DNA of 64,000 bases from Ostrea edulis (Eukaryota): assembly GCF_947568905.1 (NCBI RefSeq), contig NC_079171.1, positions 40,610,001 to 40,674,000 of the forward strand, written 5' to 3'. Numbering within the stretch: the first letter of the stretch is position 1; each line of letters opens with the position of its first letter. This document shows positions 13,827-27,200 of this stretch, piece after piece. Made by a program: the position numbers and the translations under genes. Under the pieces are notes generated by a model. That model worked only from the letters and a program-made list of their open reading frames with translations, was not told the DNA's origin and searched no databases.

Positions 13827-14611
13827 TATTCAGTCTAGGAAAATAATTTGTTATCTTCATTTTTGTCACCTATAGAAGTGTAGCATCACAGAATCACAGT
13901 CGTTTCACAAACTTGACAGATAAAGCTAAGAAACGCACAGCTGAAATTTGAGTTCTAAGATATAATCACTTGGTTTAGAGGAAATATCCGATGATTGCAC
14001 ATTGTATATACACCACTTAAGATACCTTGTGAAAATATATACATTGTGTTACTTAATAGTACAACAGAAGAGAAATATAGAAACTAGTTTGCATTCGATG
14101 AAAAGAACGAATGTTGGGAGGACTGCCAATAAAAACATAATTTTAGAGCTATTTGGAGTCGGAGATTTAAGTTAAAACTCGTTTCATTCCTTGTGACTTT
14201 TATTAGGGGACGGTATAGTATAAAACCTTTCTATTATATCTACCGACAAAAATACCGGTTTCTGTGACCTATTACATTGTCTTGTATCATCAATGATATA
14301 ATCAATTGCCATTGGGTTAGTTGAAGTGTGTCACATAGATTTTGACTAAAGAGGATGTTTAAAATATGCATAAGCCTGATTCCAAAATAAAATAAATTCA
14401 TGAAATAAACAGTCAATTGATCGATGAATAAATGCAGCGAGCATTGTTCAAAATGGTGTTAGGGTGGGGTGGCTTACTTTAACGGTACATTAAGTTAAAT
14501 TTGTTACCGATTTTGTATATGTAGGGATATCCCACACTTTTTATCTGTACATATTATACATGGATAGGAAACTTATCAGATTCAAAACTTAATGTGAAGC
14601 ATTCTATAGTA

Positions 14612-14890
14612 TAAAACTTATACGGTACCAATTTTGATGCACCAGATGCGCATTTTGAAAAATAATGTCTCTTCAGTAATGCTCAGCCGAAATGTTTGAA
14701 ATCCGAAATAACAATGAAGTTTTAGAGCTATTATAGCCAAAAACAGCGTGCCAAAAACGTGGAGTCAAATTCGTCTAAAGATAAGAGCTATGCATGAGGA
14801 AGATAATCCTTAATTTTGAAATGAATTTCTAAATTTTATAAGAGCAATTAAATATACATCCGTATTTTCAAGCTAGTAACGAAGTACATG
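14612..14890 (-). mobile_element. Second copy of the hammerhead-bearing repeat, ~400 bp upstream of paralog A exon 1
   Basis: Collinear with 19100-19380. Confidence 0.7.
14636..14684 (-). ncRNA. Hammerhead ribozyme copy with core mutation
   Basis: Same sequence, but GAAA is AAAA (G12A) and helix II is disrupted. Confidence 0.6.
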
Positions 14891-15289
14891 TATCCTTGCT
14901 TGACGGGTTCTAACAATATAAGTTGATTGCAATTTACAACAAACATATCTTGAATTTACCTCATATCTTATTACTCTGTCGGAATGACAGCATCCTTGAT
15001 TAGCTTTGCATTATCAAACATACTCAACAAAATACTCAATCATTCATTTCCTCTTAGATACACAGGTATGCATGACACAACACATATATTACCTCATACC
15101 TTAAAGCAAAGATAGTGGTTCAGTCTGTATATCAACTAGAGTCGACATCATTTTGTGTCATGCACTTTCATATGTTTATAATTAATAATTTAAACACATG
15201 TTAATAAACTGGCGTATCATTTGTCGTGGCGCTGCACTTCATTTTTTAAAATTAAACTTCCTTGTCCATTTTGTATGACGGTCACCATC

Positions 15290-18200
15290 ATGGTTTCAAT
15301 ATATCTGCTGTTGATTTTCTGTGTATTTTCCTATGCGTACGGTAAGGACATTTCTATTTATATGTATTCATGGTCCAATTTCAATAAGTTGTACTTTTTA
15401 GACGATATTGTATACGTATTATGTTTCAGAGAATTGAACATAAGGTAATCATTCAACTTTCGGTGTCTTAAAATGAAACATGATATTGTTGAAGAAATAG
15501 GGGGAATGATCATTATGACTTAGGGACGGTGATTCAGACAGTGCCACAAAATAAGTGTAAAATGGCTATATAGTCTTCACAACAGTGAGGTGAGTGAGAG
15601 ACAAGCATAACTAAATCAAAGAAATGCAATTCGAACATCTGAGCATAAATCTGATAACTTGTAGAACAAATTTCCACGACCTACGTGAAACAGGAAAGAG
15701 TTGAAAACTGCAATCACGTGTGAAGATACATTTCATATAAAAGCCAATATATTTCCAATTATAAATTTGGAAATACTTATACCAAATCTAAAAAAAAATC
15801 ACAATTAGAAAATATAAATACTATTTTTAGAATTCCTACATATAGATATATACAAGAATCCCTCCCTAAAATGTATAATCAATTCAGTCGACGAGATTAG
15901 AAATTTTTTTTAAACAATTCCATTCAAATAAAGCATAGTTTAGGTCCAGTTATCAATTAAAAAATGACAACCCATGCAATTTGATTTACACACTAAGAAG
16001 GAAAAGAAGGTTAGCATGATAAATATCATGATATAAAACATATTTTCTTCTTTATTCATTGAGGGCGCATAAAACAATCATATCACTCATATCATTTACA
16101 CACTGAAACATTCTGCACCGTTACACAAAAGGTCACTCATGTATCAGTACTTATTCAAACTATCTTATGCAGCTGTGGTATATTCATTAACTTAATTTTC
16201 AAACAAAAAATATACAATATCGGTAAAAACAGAAAGTAACCGGGAGGGGTGTATAAATATCCGAATAAGATAACGTTATTAACAAACGCACACACTTGGT
16301 ATGAGAAACACAAATATATTATGCTATACATGTATGCACATGCATAACCCCATTAGAATAAGACAACCTTGGAATCATCTAGATACTCATGATCCTACAT
16401 ATACTGTGAAAAGCTTTAGGCATAATTCGTTTGGAATAAAACATCCATTGCTAAAATTTACAATCAAATAGGCAGTCTAAACACAACCCGACATATGTTA
16501 TGAAATACTTAAGGTATAACCCGGAATAAAACTTCTTTGGTAAAATTATCGATTTCAATCACACACATTTGTAACAGATAATCATTAGCTTGTTCGACTC
16601 AAGCAATGTTTAAACACATATATTGGTATACTTATTTGTATTACTTTTTTCGGAATGACACAACACCCTCCGTAGGCTTCGCATTATCAAACATACTCGA
16701 CAGAATACACTGACAATTCATTTTACCATAGCAATAAGAACACAACACATATCATCTGTTACACGAGAGTACAAATTAGACAATTCTCGACATTTTATCT
16801 AAACATGACACTCCACCTATTGACAAGTTAAAATTGATACCTAATATAAACTTTAGTTGACTAAACTACGAATCAATATTGATAAGTACAAACATTCATT
16901 TGCCGAATAATTTTTTTTTCTTTATGCCGCTTCAAATATGATTTTATGTCTTTGTGATAATTTTCGAAATTCGAGAATGAGTGTATTAAAGGAAATTTAG
17001 GTCGATTCCGCATAGTGAAAATAACAAACTTGTATTGAGAGCTGAATTGATTGCGAATACATGGCGTTTGTTTCCGTGTTGATGATGAATGGGGCCACTT
17101 ACACGTTCCTAAATAGTGATATACGGAACTGAGCGTAAATTCCTGAGTTGCAAACGTTTTGTGAAGTTCCTGTATAAAATTGGCAATGAATTCACTTCAT
17201 TGATAACTTGTCGATGTATTACAAATATCAAATGTTGTAAGCGATTGATATAAATCATTGGTTACACTTAAAGCGTTCTTCTTTCTGATCGGAAGTGCGC
17301 ATGGATACTTTGAAAATATATTCACAGCAGCTGTAAACTCTTGTGAGAATATATCCAGGTGGTAGGAAGTTTGTCGTATAAAACCATTCCCATACTTCAA
17401 ATGGTGCATATGGAATAAGGAGTGTCGCAATGTGTGTCTTTGTTACGTTTTGTGTACGTTTTCTTTTTCTTTTTTTTTTTTTACAATGATTGTACGATTT
17501 AAGTATATGTAGATTAAGGCTTTATCGACATCAAAATCATACATTCAGTTTTTTTTCCATCCACTACTGTGACGATAACGAAATAATATATTTCCCAAGA
17601 TTTAATGTATTTTAACTGTGTATGGCCATATTGACCCCACACTATGTCCTGGACCCTAAACCTGAGTTCCATGATTTACACAAAATAGGTAGAAAGCTTC
17701 ATGAGCATCATAACTATGTATTTAATTTTTCTCATCCATCGCATAAAACTGTTCCATTGAGCGTTTTTCTTACGTTTTTTGAAGAAGCCATAACAATTCC
17801 ATACAAGTCTATTTTTGAACATCTGAATATACATTGAATTCTATGATTATGGATGTTGCCAATGAGATGTTCTTTACGCCACCATGGGTTATTGATGATA
17901 TACCTTCCGAATCATGCTGCCAGTTCCTTAAGCTCAAATGTTTAAATTAACGAGGATATACCGTCAACATAAGGAATATTTTTCACCATAAAGGCATCAA
18001 AGAGTTTAGTTGTGTAATCTAACTTATTTTAAATTCAAGTATACTCGGGTATGTTAAGACAGGTCATGCTTCATTTATGCACGTAAACTGCATAATTTTT
18101 AAAGTCTGTCTTACACAGATAGAGGGAGCTACTAACTCTTAGAAACTATTTTGGTTGTTTACATGAGAACCTTTTGTATCATAACAACATGACAAACATA

Positions 18201-21200
18201 CGCTTCCGTATGACGTCATTACATGACTTTCATCAATACATCATGGATGTACCTTAATAGAAAATGTAAAAGTAGCACATTATTCCAAGATATAAATATT
18301 GGTCTAACTAGCGATAATGACGGTAAAATACTCATAGTATATCAGAATCACTGATAGAATCCTACCACTTTCAATAAGAAATAATTATTGAACATTTAAA
18401 CACCAAACCATCTAGCCCATTTTTTACATTTTGCACTGATGCTATGCAGTTTTATTTAAAAGTTTTCTTAACAGACGATTCTATCAGTAATTGCCGTGTA
18501 CATTAGTTTATGACCTTTCACACAGTGTATAAAAAGTCTCTAAAATATGCGGCCTGACGTGCTACTTTTGCAGTTTTATGTAAGTGTGTGGCAGAAGAAA
18601 ATCGGATCGATATGTTAAATGGAATGTTCTCTAACAAAATTCTCAATGAATGCTATCAACATACCTTCTTAATATCAATAAACTTTCAGCGTTTCACATA
18701 TATATTCCATATATCCAATGGCATATATTTCAAATACTCCACATTTTGTCGATACAAATTCCTTGCATGTGTCAACGTCACTCGATGTATAGTCATGACG
18801 TCATCAGTTTACTTTCATATTGATCAGACAGAAATTACAGAACAGCAGTATAGCATTTCGAATTTCGTTGGATCTTAGTAGCTACATGGTTTATTTTATG
18901 CATAAATAAAAAATAAAATCGTAATTTAATATATACTTAGTGATACACTTATTTCAATTGTGGACTCACATTGTTTCACGGATTTTATCCCAGTAAAAAA
19001 TGTCATAACCTGCCTTAACGTACCCGCGTGCACACTGTATTTCCTACAAATATACTCAATTATTGCATCCGAAATTTTTAATTATAAACGAACAGCATCT
19101 AAAACTTCTACGGTACCAATTTTGATGAACCAGATGCGCATTTCGACAAATAATATCTTTTCAGTGATGCTCAACCGAAATGTTTAAAATCCGAAATAAT
19201 AATGAAGTTTTCGAGCTATTACAGTGTATAGGGAAAACAGTGTGCCAAAAAGTGGAGTCGAATTCGTCTAAGGAAAAGAGCTATGCGTGAGGGAGATAAT
19301 CCTTAATTTGAAATGAATTTCTAAATTTTATAACATCAATTAAATATACATCCGTATTTTCAAGCTAGTAACGAAGTACTTAGCTACTGGGCTGTAGAGA
19401 CCCAAGGGGACTAACAGTCCACCAGCAGAGGCCTCGACCCAGGGGTATAGCCATCTGGTACTTAACCCACCTACATGTTCTTGCCCTTCGTCTTCTTTCA
19501 ACTATAGCCCAGCTGGGAGTGTCTTTACTGCTGATGTTGATAAGCATGCACTTGTAAATGAGGACCTCAAATCATTTCTTCCAAAAGGTCGCAAATGCAA
19601 GGTGAAGATAACGAACAGTGATCAATCTCATAACTCCTACAAGCAATACAAAATAGATAGTTGGGCAAACACGGACCCCTGGACACACCAGAGGTGGGAT
19701 CGGGTGCCTAGGAGGAGTAAGCATCCCCTGTTGACCGGTCACACCCGCCGTGAGCCCCATATCCTGATCAGGTAAACGGAGTTATCCGCAGTCAAAATCA
19801 GTGTGCCAAGAACGGCTTAACAATCGGTATGAAACACGTCAGACAGCATTTGACCCAATGCGAGGTTGTATTGACGAACTAGATCGTTATAACGACCATA
19901 GAATTTGCGAAATGGTGACTTCAATCAAGACTTTTGAAATCCCTGTACCATGAACTTGTTTGTCAGTAGCTTACCTCGATTTAAAAACTGACTATATCCA
20001 GAACAAGCTCTTGCATATCGAATCAGTTGAGATATATAAACACCATATGCAGGTGATAATGGAATATTGCTACATAGATGTGGGAAGTTGACGATGGAGA
20101 AGCTGAAATCATCCCGTTTGTCGTACATTTGAGTTGTCAGTTTGCCGTTAATGTCTACTTTCAATAAAATATCTAAGTATGAAGCAGCAGTGGACGACTC
20201 TGTGGTGTCCTTTATTTCGAGTTCACAAGGATATATCAAATCGACATATGAATGAAAGTTATCATTGTTAATAGACAAAACGTCATCGATATATCTAAAT
20301 GTCGAATTGAAAGTCACAGCGAGATATTTTTTCTTCTCACGTAGAAGTTTTTGAATAAATTCTGCTTCATATGAATATAAAAACAGGTCAGCTAACAAAG
20401 GAGCACAATTCGTGCCCATGGGAATTCCAACAGACTGTTGGAAGACCTGATCACCAAAGACCACGAAAATATTGTCAATGAGGAACTCTAGCATATTTTT
20501 TACAGTGGTGTTTAACAAAGTAAGTTTTTGAATGACTGGTCACTAGATATGAATATTTCCGTTTTCCGTTTTTGTTGAAGAAGCAACTGTCTATGATGTT
20601 AAAAAGTCTAGTCTTTAATTTATCGCGAGAAATGGTCGTGTATAATGTTGAAAAGTCATAGGTTTTAATGCTATTGATTTGGGAAAAATTCTGTGATTTC
20701 AAGTTTACTAAAAGTTGTTTAGAATATTTTAGAATCCACATTTGATTAATACCACTTCTGACATATGTAGTCGCACAGTAAGTTTGAAGTTTCTCCTTCA
20801 CAGCTGTTAACATTTTCGTGAGGAGAAAAGATAGGGGCTTGGCACAGCACTTACTGGATACAGCAATGTATCTTTGTTTGTAAGGGTTTTTATGTAGTTT
20901 AGGAACCCAGTATAGGTACGGTAACTCATATTCATTCGACCCATTGACTGGAATATTAAATGTGTCTAAAATGAAGCATGGTTTTGAAGAGTTTCGTCTT
21001 TTCAAAGGGCAGTTGGAGTATAAGTATGATTACCAAAAGTGGAATTAATGCCAAGTTCGTTTAAAATACAGTTGTAATAATGAGCCTTACAAACAAAGAC
21101 AATGTTGTTACTAGCTTTGTCAGCTGGAACCAAAACATATTCCTCATGTAACCTATCTAATTCTTTTATCAGATAACATCAGTCTTTCAATTGGCGACAG

Positions 21201-24200
21201 AACTTCATCTCTATTATGAATTTTATCAAAGATTATTGGCTAAATATGAAAAAGAACTTGATAAACATCGTCAGAATGGATTAAAAGTATAAGAGGAATG
21301 TTAAAATCCTCCATTAGACACATCAAAACAAAAGTACGAACCACGTATCTTTCTGTAATTAGCAGACCAGAAGTGATAAAAGAAGTAGATATATTACATT
21401 AGGAATATGCCTTGGTTCCAGCTGAGAAATCTTGTAACAACATTGTTTTTATTCGTAAAGAATATTAATTTAAAAATTCGACTTTGATATATAAATATCC
21501 AAAATGTCACATTAACTTGCAATCTGGCTTGTAATGTAAATGTCTATGGCTCGTACATATAGAAGCACACATATACCAATTTATCAATTATACACAGTAC
21601 TGGTACATTCGGGGGGTACAGAAAGGGACAATGCTCCACCGTATGTGAATTGTTGTGGGGGTAACTAGGGAGTCGCCCAGTGCGCCAGTTTAACTTAACT
21701 GGTAAGGGGTACATGAGGGATGGTGGTGGTGGTAAACATCCAGTGCCCAGACCCGCACGGATATCACCATTGTAAGGAGGTAAGCTAGACTCGCCCTTCT
21801 CACCCTGTCTCCTGCAGTGCTACCTAATTTGTAGATTATGATGTCGGACATAATCCATCCCCTATCGTGTACCAGCCTGTACATCCCCTCACAAAAGTGA
21901 GATGAGTGTGGCCCCAACCGAAAGATTAATTTGTGTACTTGTTTTAACTTGTAAGTATTTCAGTTCTGTACATTGACCCCTGCTTTAGAAGCAGTTTTGG
22001 GAGACACCCAGATTTTGAAGCTGAAACAATCGTCATATGTGATTACCGACTCACCCATTTGTCCACAAACATTGGGACAATGTTCTTAAAAAAAACTTGA
22101 AAAATTAATAATGCTGTGAGTATTAATCTCCAAAACAAAACACACTAAATGAGTTACATGAATAAGAAGTAACTTGATCGCACCGCAAAACCTGAACATA
22201 GAGTTGCGTAAATGGTACAGTGGAAGATGAAGATAACGAACATTGATTAATTAATCTCATAGCTCCCATAAGCAATACAAAATACAGTAAAATATCTCTA
22301 TCTCGAAGTCCGAGGGACGTCGAAAAAACTTCGAGATATCGAGGGGTTCGAGATATCCAAAATCGATCTGGGATATTGTTTTTGAAGGCGGATATTTGAT
22401 GCATAGTATGGGATTTGCATTATAAACACAAACCCTGTTGCCGTTTCTTATAGTTTAATACAAGTTGATAAATTAATATTGTGGAATTTCAAAGACAAAC
22501 ATTTCGTTTTTTTAAATATATATAAACATCCAATTGAATTCACTATGTGTTTCAAAATTAAGTTGATCGTGTCTGTATGCTTACTTTAAGTTTACTGATG
22601 TCCAGGCTCGACTGGGATGTAGTTATTGCGTTGTAATGAAAGAGCCTATCAGGTAAGAAACAAAAAGACGAATTTTTAAAAAAAATCAAACTTTTGAATG
22701 TTTATCAAATAAATGTTCGTGTTTTCTCTGTACTAGTTTTAATGATGAAGCGTGTACTATTAAATGCATTATCTTTATTAAGAGCATTACCTTCAAGCGT
22801 ACTTCGACGGTTTTGTGCGATTATCTAACCCACATGTTAATGATAGAGCGTGTGTCATTCAAAACACCATCCCTGGAATCGGGTGTGTTAGCTCATAATT
22901 GGCGGTGAACTTTAGCCGTAATTTTGGAAGGCTTCACTAATCACCCAAGTTATTGACCCATTTGTTGCGACCTGGGTCTACCCGGAAAAGGCGAGCGTGG
23001 ATTAGCGGTCATTAATTACAATTGATGTAACCGCGGGTGTGAATGTGTGACCTACCGACGCCAGGTATGGTAAGCAGATCATAAAATTGACTGCACTTCG
23101 AGATAAACCAGGTGAATTTAGGGTATGGGACCTTGAAAATACTTCGACATAAGCGGAGTATTCGAGATTACCGTGTTCGAAATATCAGAAGTTTTTTAAA
23201 TCATTTATATAGGGAAAACGGCCGGGACCGGCGGTCGACTTCGACTCAAGCGGGGTATTCGAGATAAACCATACTCGAGACACACATATTTTACTGTAGA
23301 TAGTTGGACAAACATTGGCCCTGGATATACCAGAGTAATACACACTAAATTGATAAACATCTGCTACAATACACGAACTATTAATAACTGTGAGGCGGAT
23401 GAGAAACAGCTTGCTTGTGGAAAAAATATTCAAAGGATATTTGAGTATTGTTGAGAAATAATTCATTTTCCAAATCCGACAGGTGAGCACCAATCTCGGT
23501 AGCCTTTGATGACGTGGTCGTGTCCATTATATTAATCTCCTACCTGGTTGGGCTTGAAAGTTTTCATGCAACTATTAATTCCGGTCCTTTATTTTTTATC
23601 CCAGCATCAAAAGGGGCAAAATGCCATTATATTCTTGGTAAGACAGTCGACCCCAGGATCCAAATTGTTTTACCTGTAATACTTGGCTAATATTACTGGA
23701 GAGTATTAAGTATAACTGAAGTGCAGATATTCCATGTGTGTGTCTGACTGGTGAGCGGGGCGGGGGGAGGAGGGGGGGCGGTGGAATATGCATTACTCGC
23801 TTCAAACTATTCGGGTGGTATGTATGCTAAGGAAGAGTTGGACACCACATACCTGTTCTTGGATAAGTGTACATTAAGGTATGTAAATATTTTCGATTTG
23901 CTACTTAGTTAAATAGTAGTGTTTGGTTGGTCATGGAACTATGTAATGATACTTTCGGAAGGTCAGTGGTCTCTTTCCAGATATATTGTATTTGGGTTTT
24001 CTCTTCCACTAATAAAACTGGGCGCAACCAAATAACTGAGCAATTACTCAGTGTAGCGGAAAACAGTAAAACAATCAATCACTTTGTTGGTTTAGAGAAA
24101 CTTCCGAAATCAGCAATATGTAATTATTATGAATAATTACTTCTATATAACCTGTTAATTTTGTATGTTTTATGGTGGATATTTTGGATAAGTAAAATAT

Positions 24201-24250
<50 letters not shown>

Positions 24251-27200
24251 TTGTATAACATGCTAAATTCGTTTATTTCACGTTTAATGGATGTTGAGTA
24301 TGGTTTTTTTTCTTCTGTTTGATGCCCCCCTTTTGGGATGCTTCATCTTAGTATGTTTCCTTATTATCATTGTATTGTGTGGGATTTTCCGATCAGACAA
24401 ACTTAGATGATGTAAGATTTTGTTTAGGGCCCCGTGCTTAGCTTATTATATGGATGACCATTCACAGCGCGCCGTTCCTTTCCGTTTTCTTGGAGTGCAA
24501 AGACTGCTCATGTGATTTTGTGTACACAAAAAAAAAAATATTTTATTCCCATCATCCACCTTCCACATCCTCCGTTGTAATGCCTGCTTTATTTGGCCTA
24601 TTTCCTTTGTAAAACCCACCTTATTTGATCGCAGGCAGCTCTATTTCGATATTTCATTATGTGTTGTAGGGGGTCAGATTGCATAATCATACCTATGTGA
24701 TACATATGTTCTTGTATTTTTGTTTTCGATTCATTCTGACCCCCACTAGCTCATTCTGTTATATCACTTCGTCCATCGTCAACTTCCCATATTTATGTAG
24801 CAGTATTCCATTATCACCTGTTTATGGTGTTAATATCTCTAAACTGGTTGGATACGCCAGAGGTTGTCATGTGTATTATCAGTTTTTAGATAGAAGCAGG
24901 CTACTGACAAACTGACGATATAGGGGTTTCAACATTTCCACAGTTTCGTTTAAAGTCAGCATTTTGCAAATCCTATGGTTGTTATAACAATCTTGTTTCC
25001 CAATGCAACCTATCATCGGGTCAAATGCTGTCGGCCTTGTTTCATACCGATTATCAAGCCGTTCTTTGCACACTGATTTTGACTACGGACGACTCCGTTT
25101 ATCTGATCAATATATAGGTGTGACCGGTCGACAGGTGATGCTCACTCATCCTAGACATGTTATCCCGCCTTTGGTATATCCAGGGATATGTGTTTGCCCA
25201 ACTGTATATTATGTATTGCTTATATGAGTTATGAGATTGATCACTGTTCGTCATCTTCATCTTTCATGTGGGAGGAGAGAATATTTTATAAGATTTGAAG
25301 AGGTTCGAACCTGAGATTTGGAGTAAAGTCAAATTTTTGGGAATTTTATTTTTGATTTCTACATTGAATAAGAATTGGGAAATTAAAAAGAAAAAACGGG
25401 GTCGTAATGCTTGTTATTGAGCTTTATTGTTCTAAATGTGGCCTTTTTGCACTTAAAATTGACTCGAGATTTATTCAATTTAACTTGATTTGTCTGTTGG
25501 GGTCAACACAACATAAGCAACAGAAATCAGTCATTACATAAAATAGATACATAATCATGTCTTAAAACAATACAGATAAAAAATAATACTATCAATGGTA
25601 ATAAGTAATGACCTTTTTTGCGCTTGAAATACGAAACATCATGGTATCAATGTTTCTGAGTTTAAAACGACATATTAGGAGTAATGTCAGTTTCTTAAAT
25701 TTCACATAATTTTCAAGGCATTGCACAAAAAGATTGAACTGAAAGAAGGTTGGTGTTGGAGATCAAATGTTTGAATGATTAGCGACAACAATGAATTTTT
25801 ACATAAAACTTCGAGTAAATTAAACTAAACTTTTTTAATCATCGGTGTTCTGTTTGAAATAAAAATCACTCAAATTAATCAATTACAACATTTGAACTTG
25901 TTCCAAGTCTCAACAACTTTTAGCATAAATTATAAAACTAAAGTACACATATCCAATTATAAATGGATGAAACAGCAACTGTAATATCATGCAGATTTAG
26001 AACTGTTTGATTAATCAATCCTTCCGCCGCAAAATATAATCCCTGCCAAAGCCTTTCAAAATTTGAATTGGCACAAAAAAATTCAACTAGATCGGGTCCA
26101 TTAATTGATGTGTAATATGTTTGCACCAATTGAATAAGTTTTGAAGCAGTAAATTCTTAGTTGTATTATCCGGTGGAGTTGTGCTCAAAGGGCCAGGAGC
26201 CAACTTCCTTAGCACATCTCAAGATACGACCATATTGACACCACCCAAGGACATAAATCCCTAACCCAAGCATTCAGTTTTTCTCACACATATCTGAGAG
26301 TGGAAAAGAACATTTTTCAAAGATACTTTTACATGAGATAACCATATTGGTCCCACCCTAAGACTTGAATACCTAACAAGGTGTCATGTATTTTTGTACG
26401 CGTCGTGTGATTGGTTCGCAAAGACATAGCTTAGTCTCGGGGTCATCCGAATGGTTTCAGGATTATTTGCAGACCAATGACATGACACATTATAAATTCG
26501 TACTCTGTAACCTCCTTTTTGGCTGTCAGTGGAAGGGATGAAGCCCTCTCCGATCAATGCACGCACGATTGTGTCAAATAAAGATATTAGATGGGTTTTG
26601 AGTTGAAGAGACTTGTAGTATGACATCTTCCTGACCTGCCGCTCGCCACAATTCCTTAGGTAACGCTGTGATTACTTGGAAAATGTGCCCGGAAAGAGGG
26701 ACCCCCTGCTTTTTTACAATTTTCTGTTTCATACCTTGTGTATTTTATTATTCCGGTAGAGGGCCAATCTCTAAAGCTTACAAAAAGCGTGACACGATTA
26801 CATGAATGAAAAGAGGGGTTAGATAGACTTGGAATTCACACATTTCAGAGAAAGTATTGCCACCAAAAATATCCAAAACGGGGAGGAGTAGAAATATCCA
26901 TACTTTAGGTGCCTGTGCGAAAGTATGCTTGTTAAAACTATAAAATTATGTTAATAGTGCATACACCTTTCAAGTGACATATTCTCTTACATATTTATCA
27001 TCTACACTTATGATACACAGCGCCATATCTTCGTGTTGTATTGTGTTTTTTGATTTGTAGATGCCTCTCCTTCTCTTTAATTTGAATGTCCGAAACACAG
27101 TCACCTAATCCCTCCTCTAGTGTGGTCATGTGCATGTGTTTGTCTAGCTCTTAATATTGCATTGTATTCTTTATAGGGATTATGACACTGATCACTGATC

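Noticed and set aside
19572-19760. Recurrent small [22 protein letters not shown].. (also 25003-25227 and 40468-40764)
   Set aside because: It is the 3' untranslated tail of the Penelope-like element; it recurs because the repeat does, and its frame and ends vary between copies.
21594-21925. GC-richer island that might be a retroelement 5' UTR with an HDV-like ribozyme
   Set aside because: I could not build the P1/P2/P3 nested pseudoknot by eye, and there is no second copy or adjacent ORF in the window.
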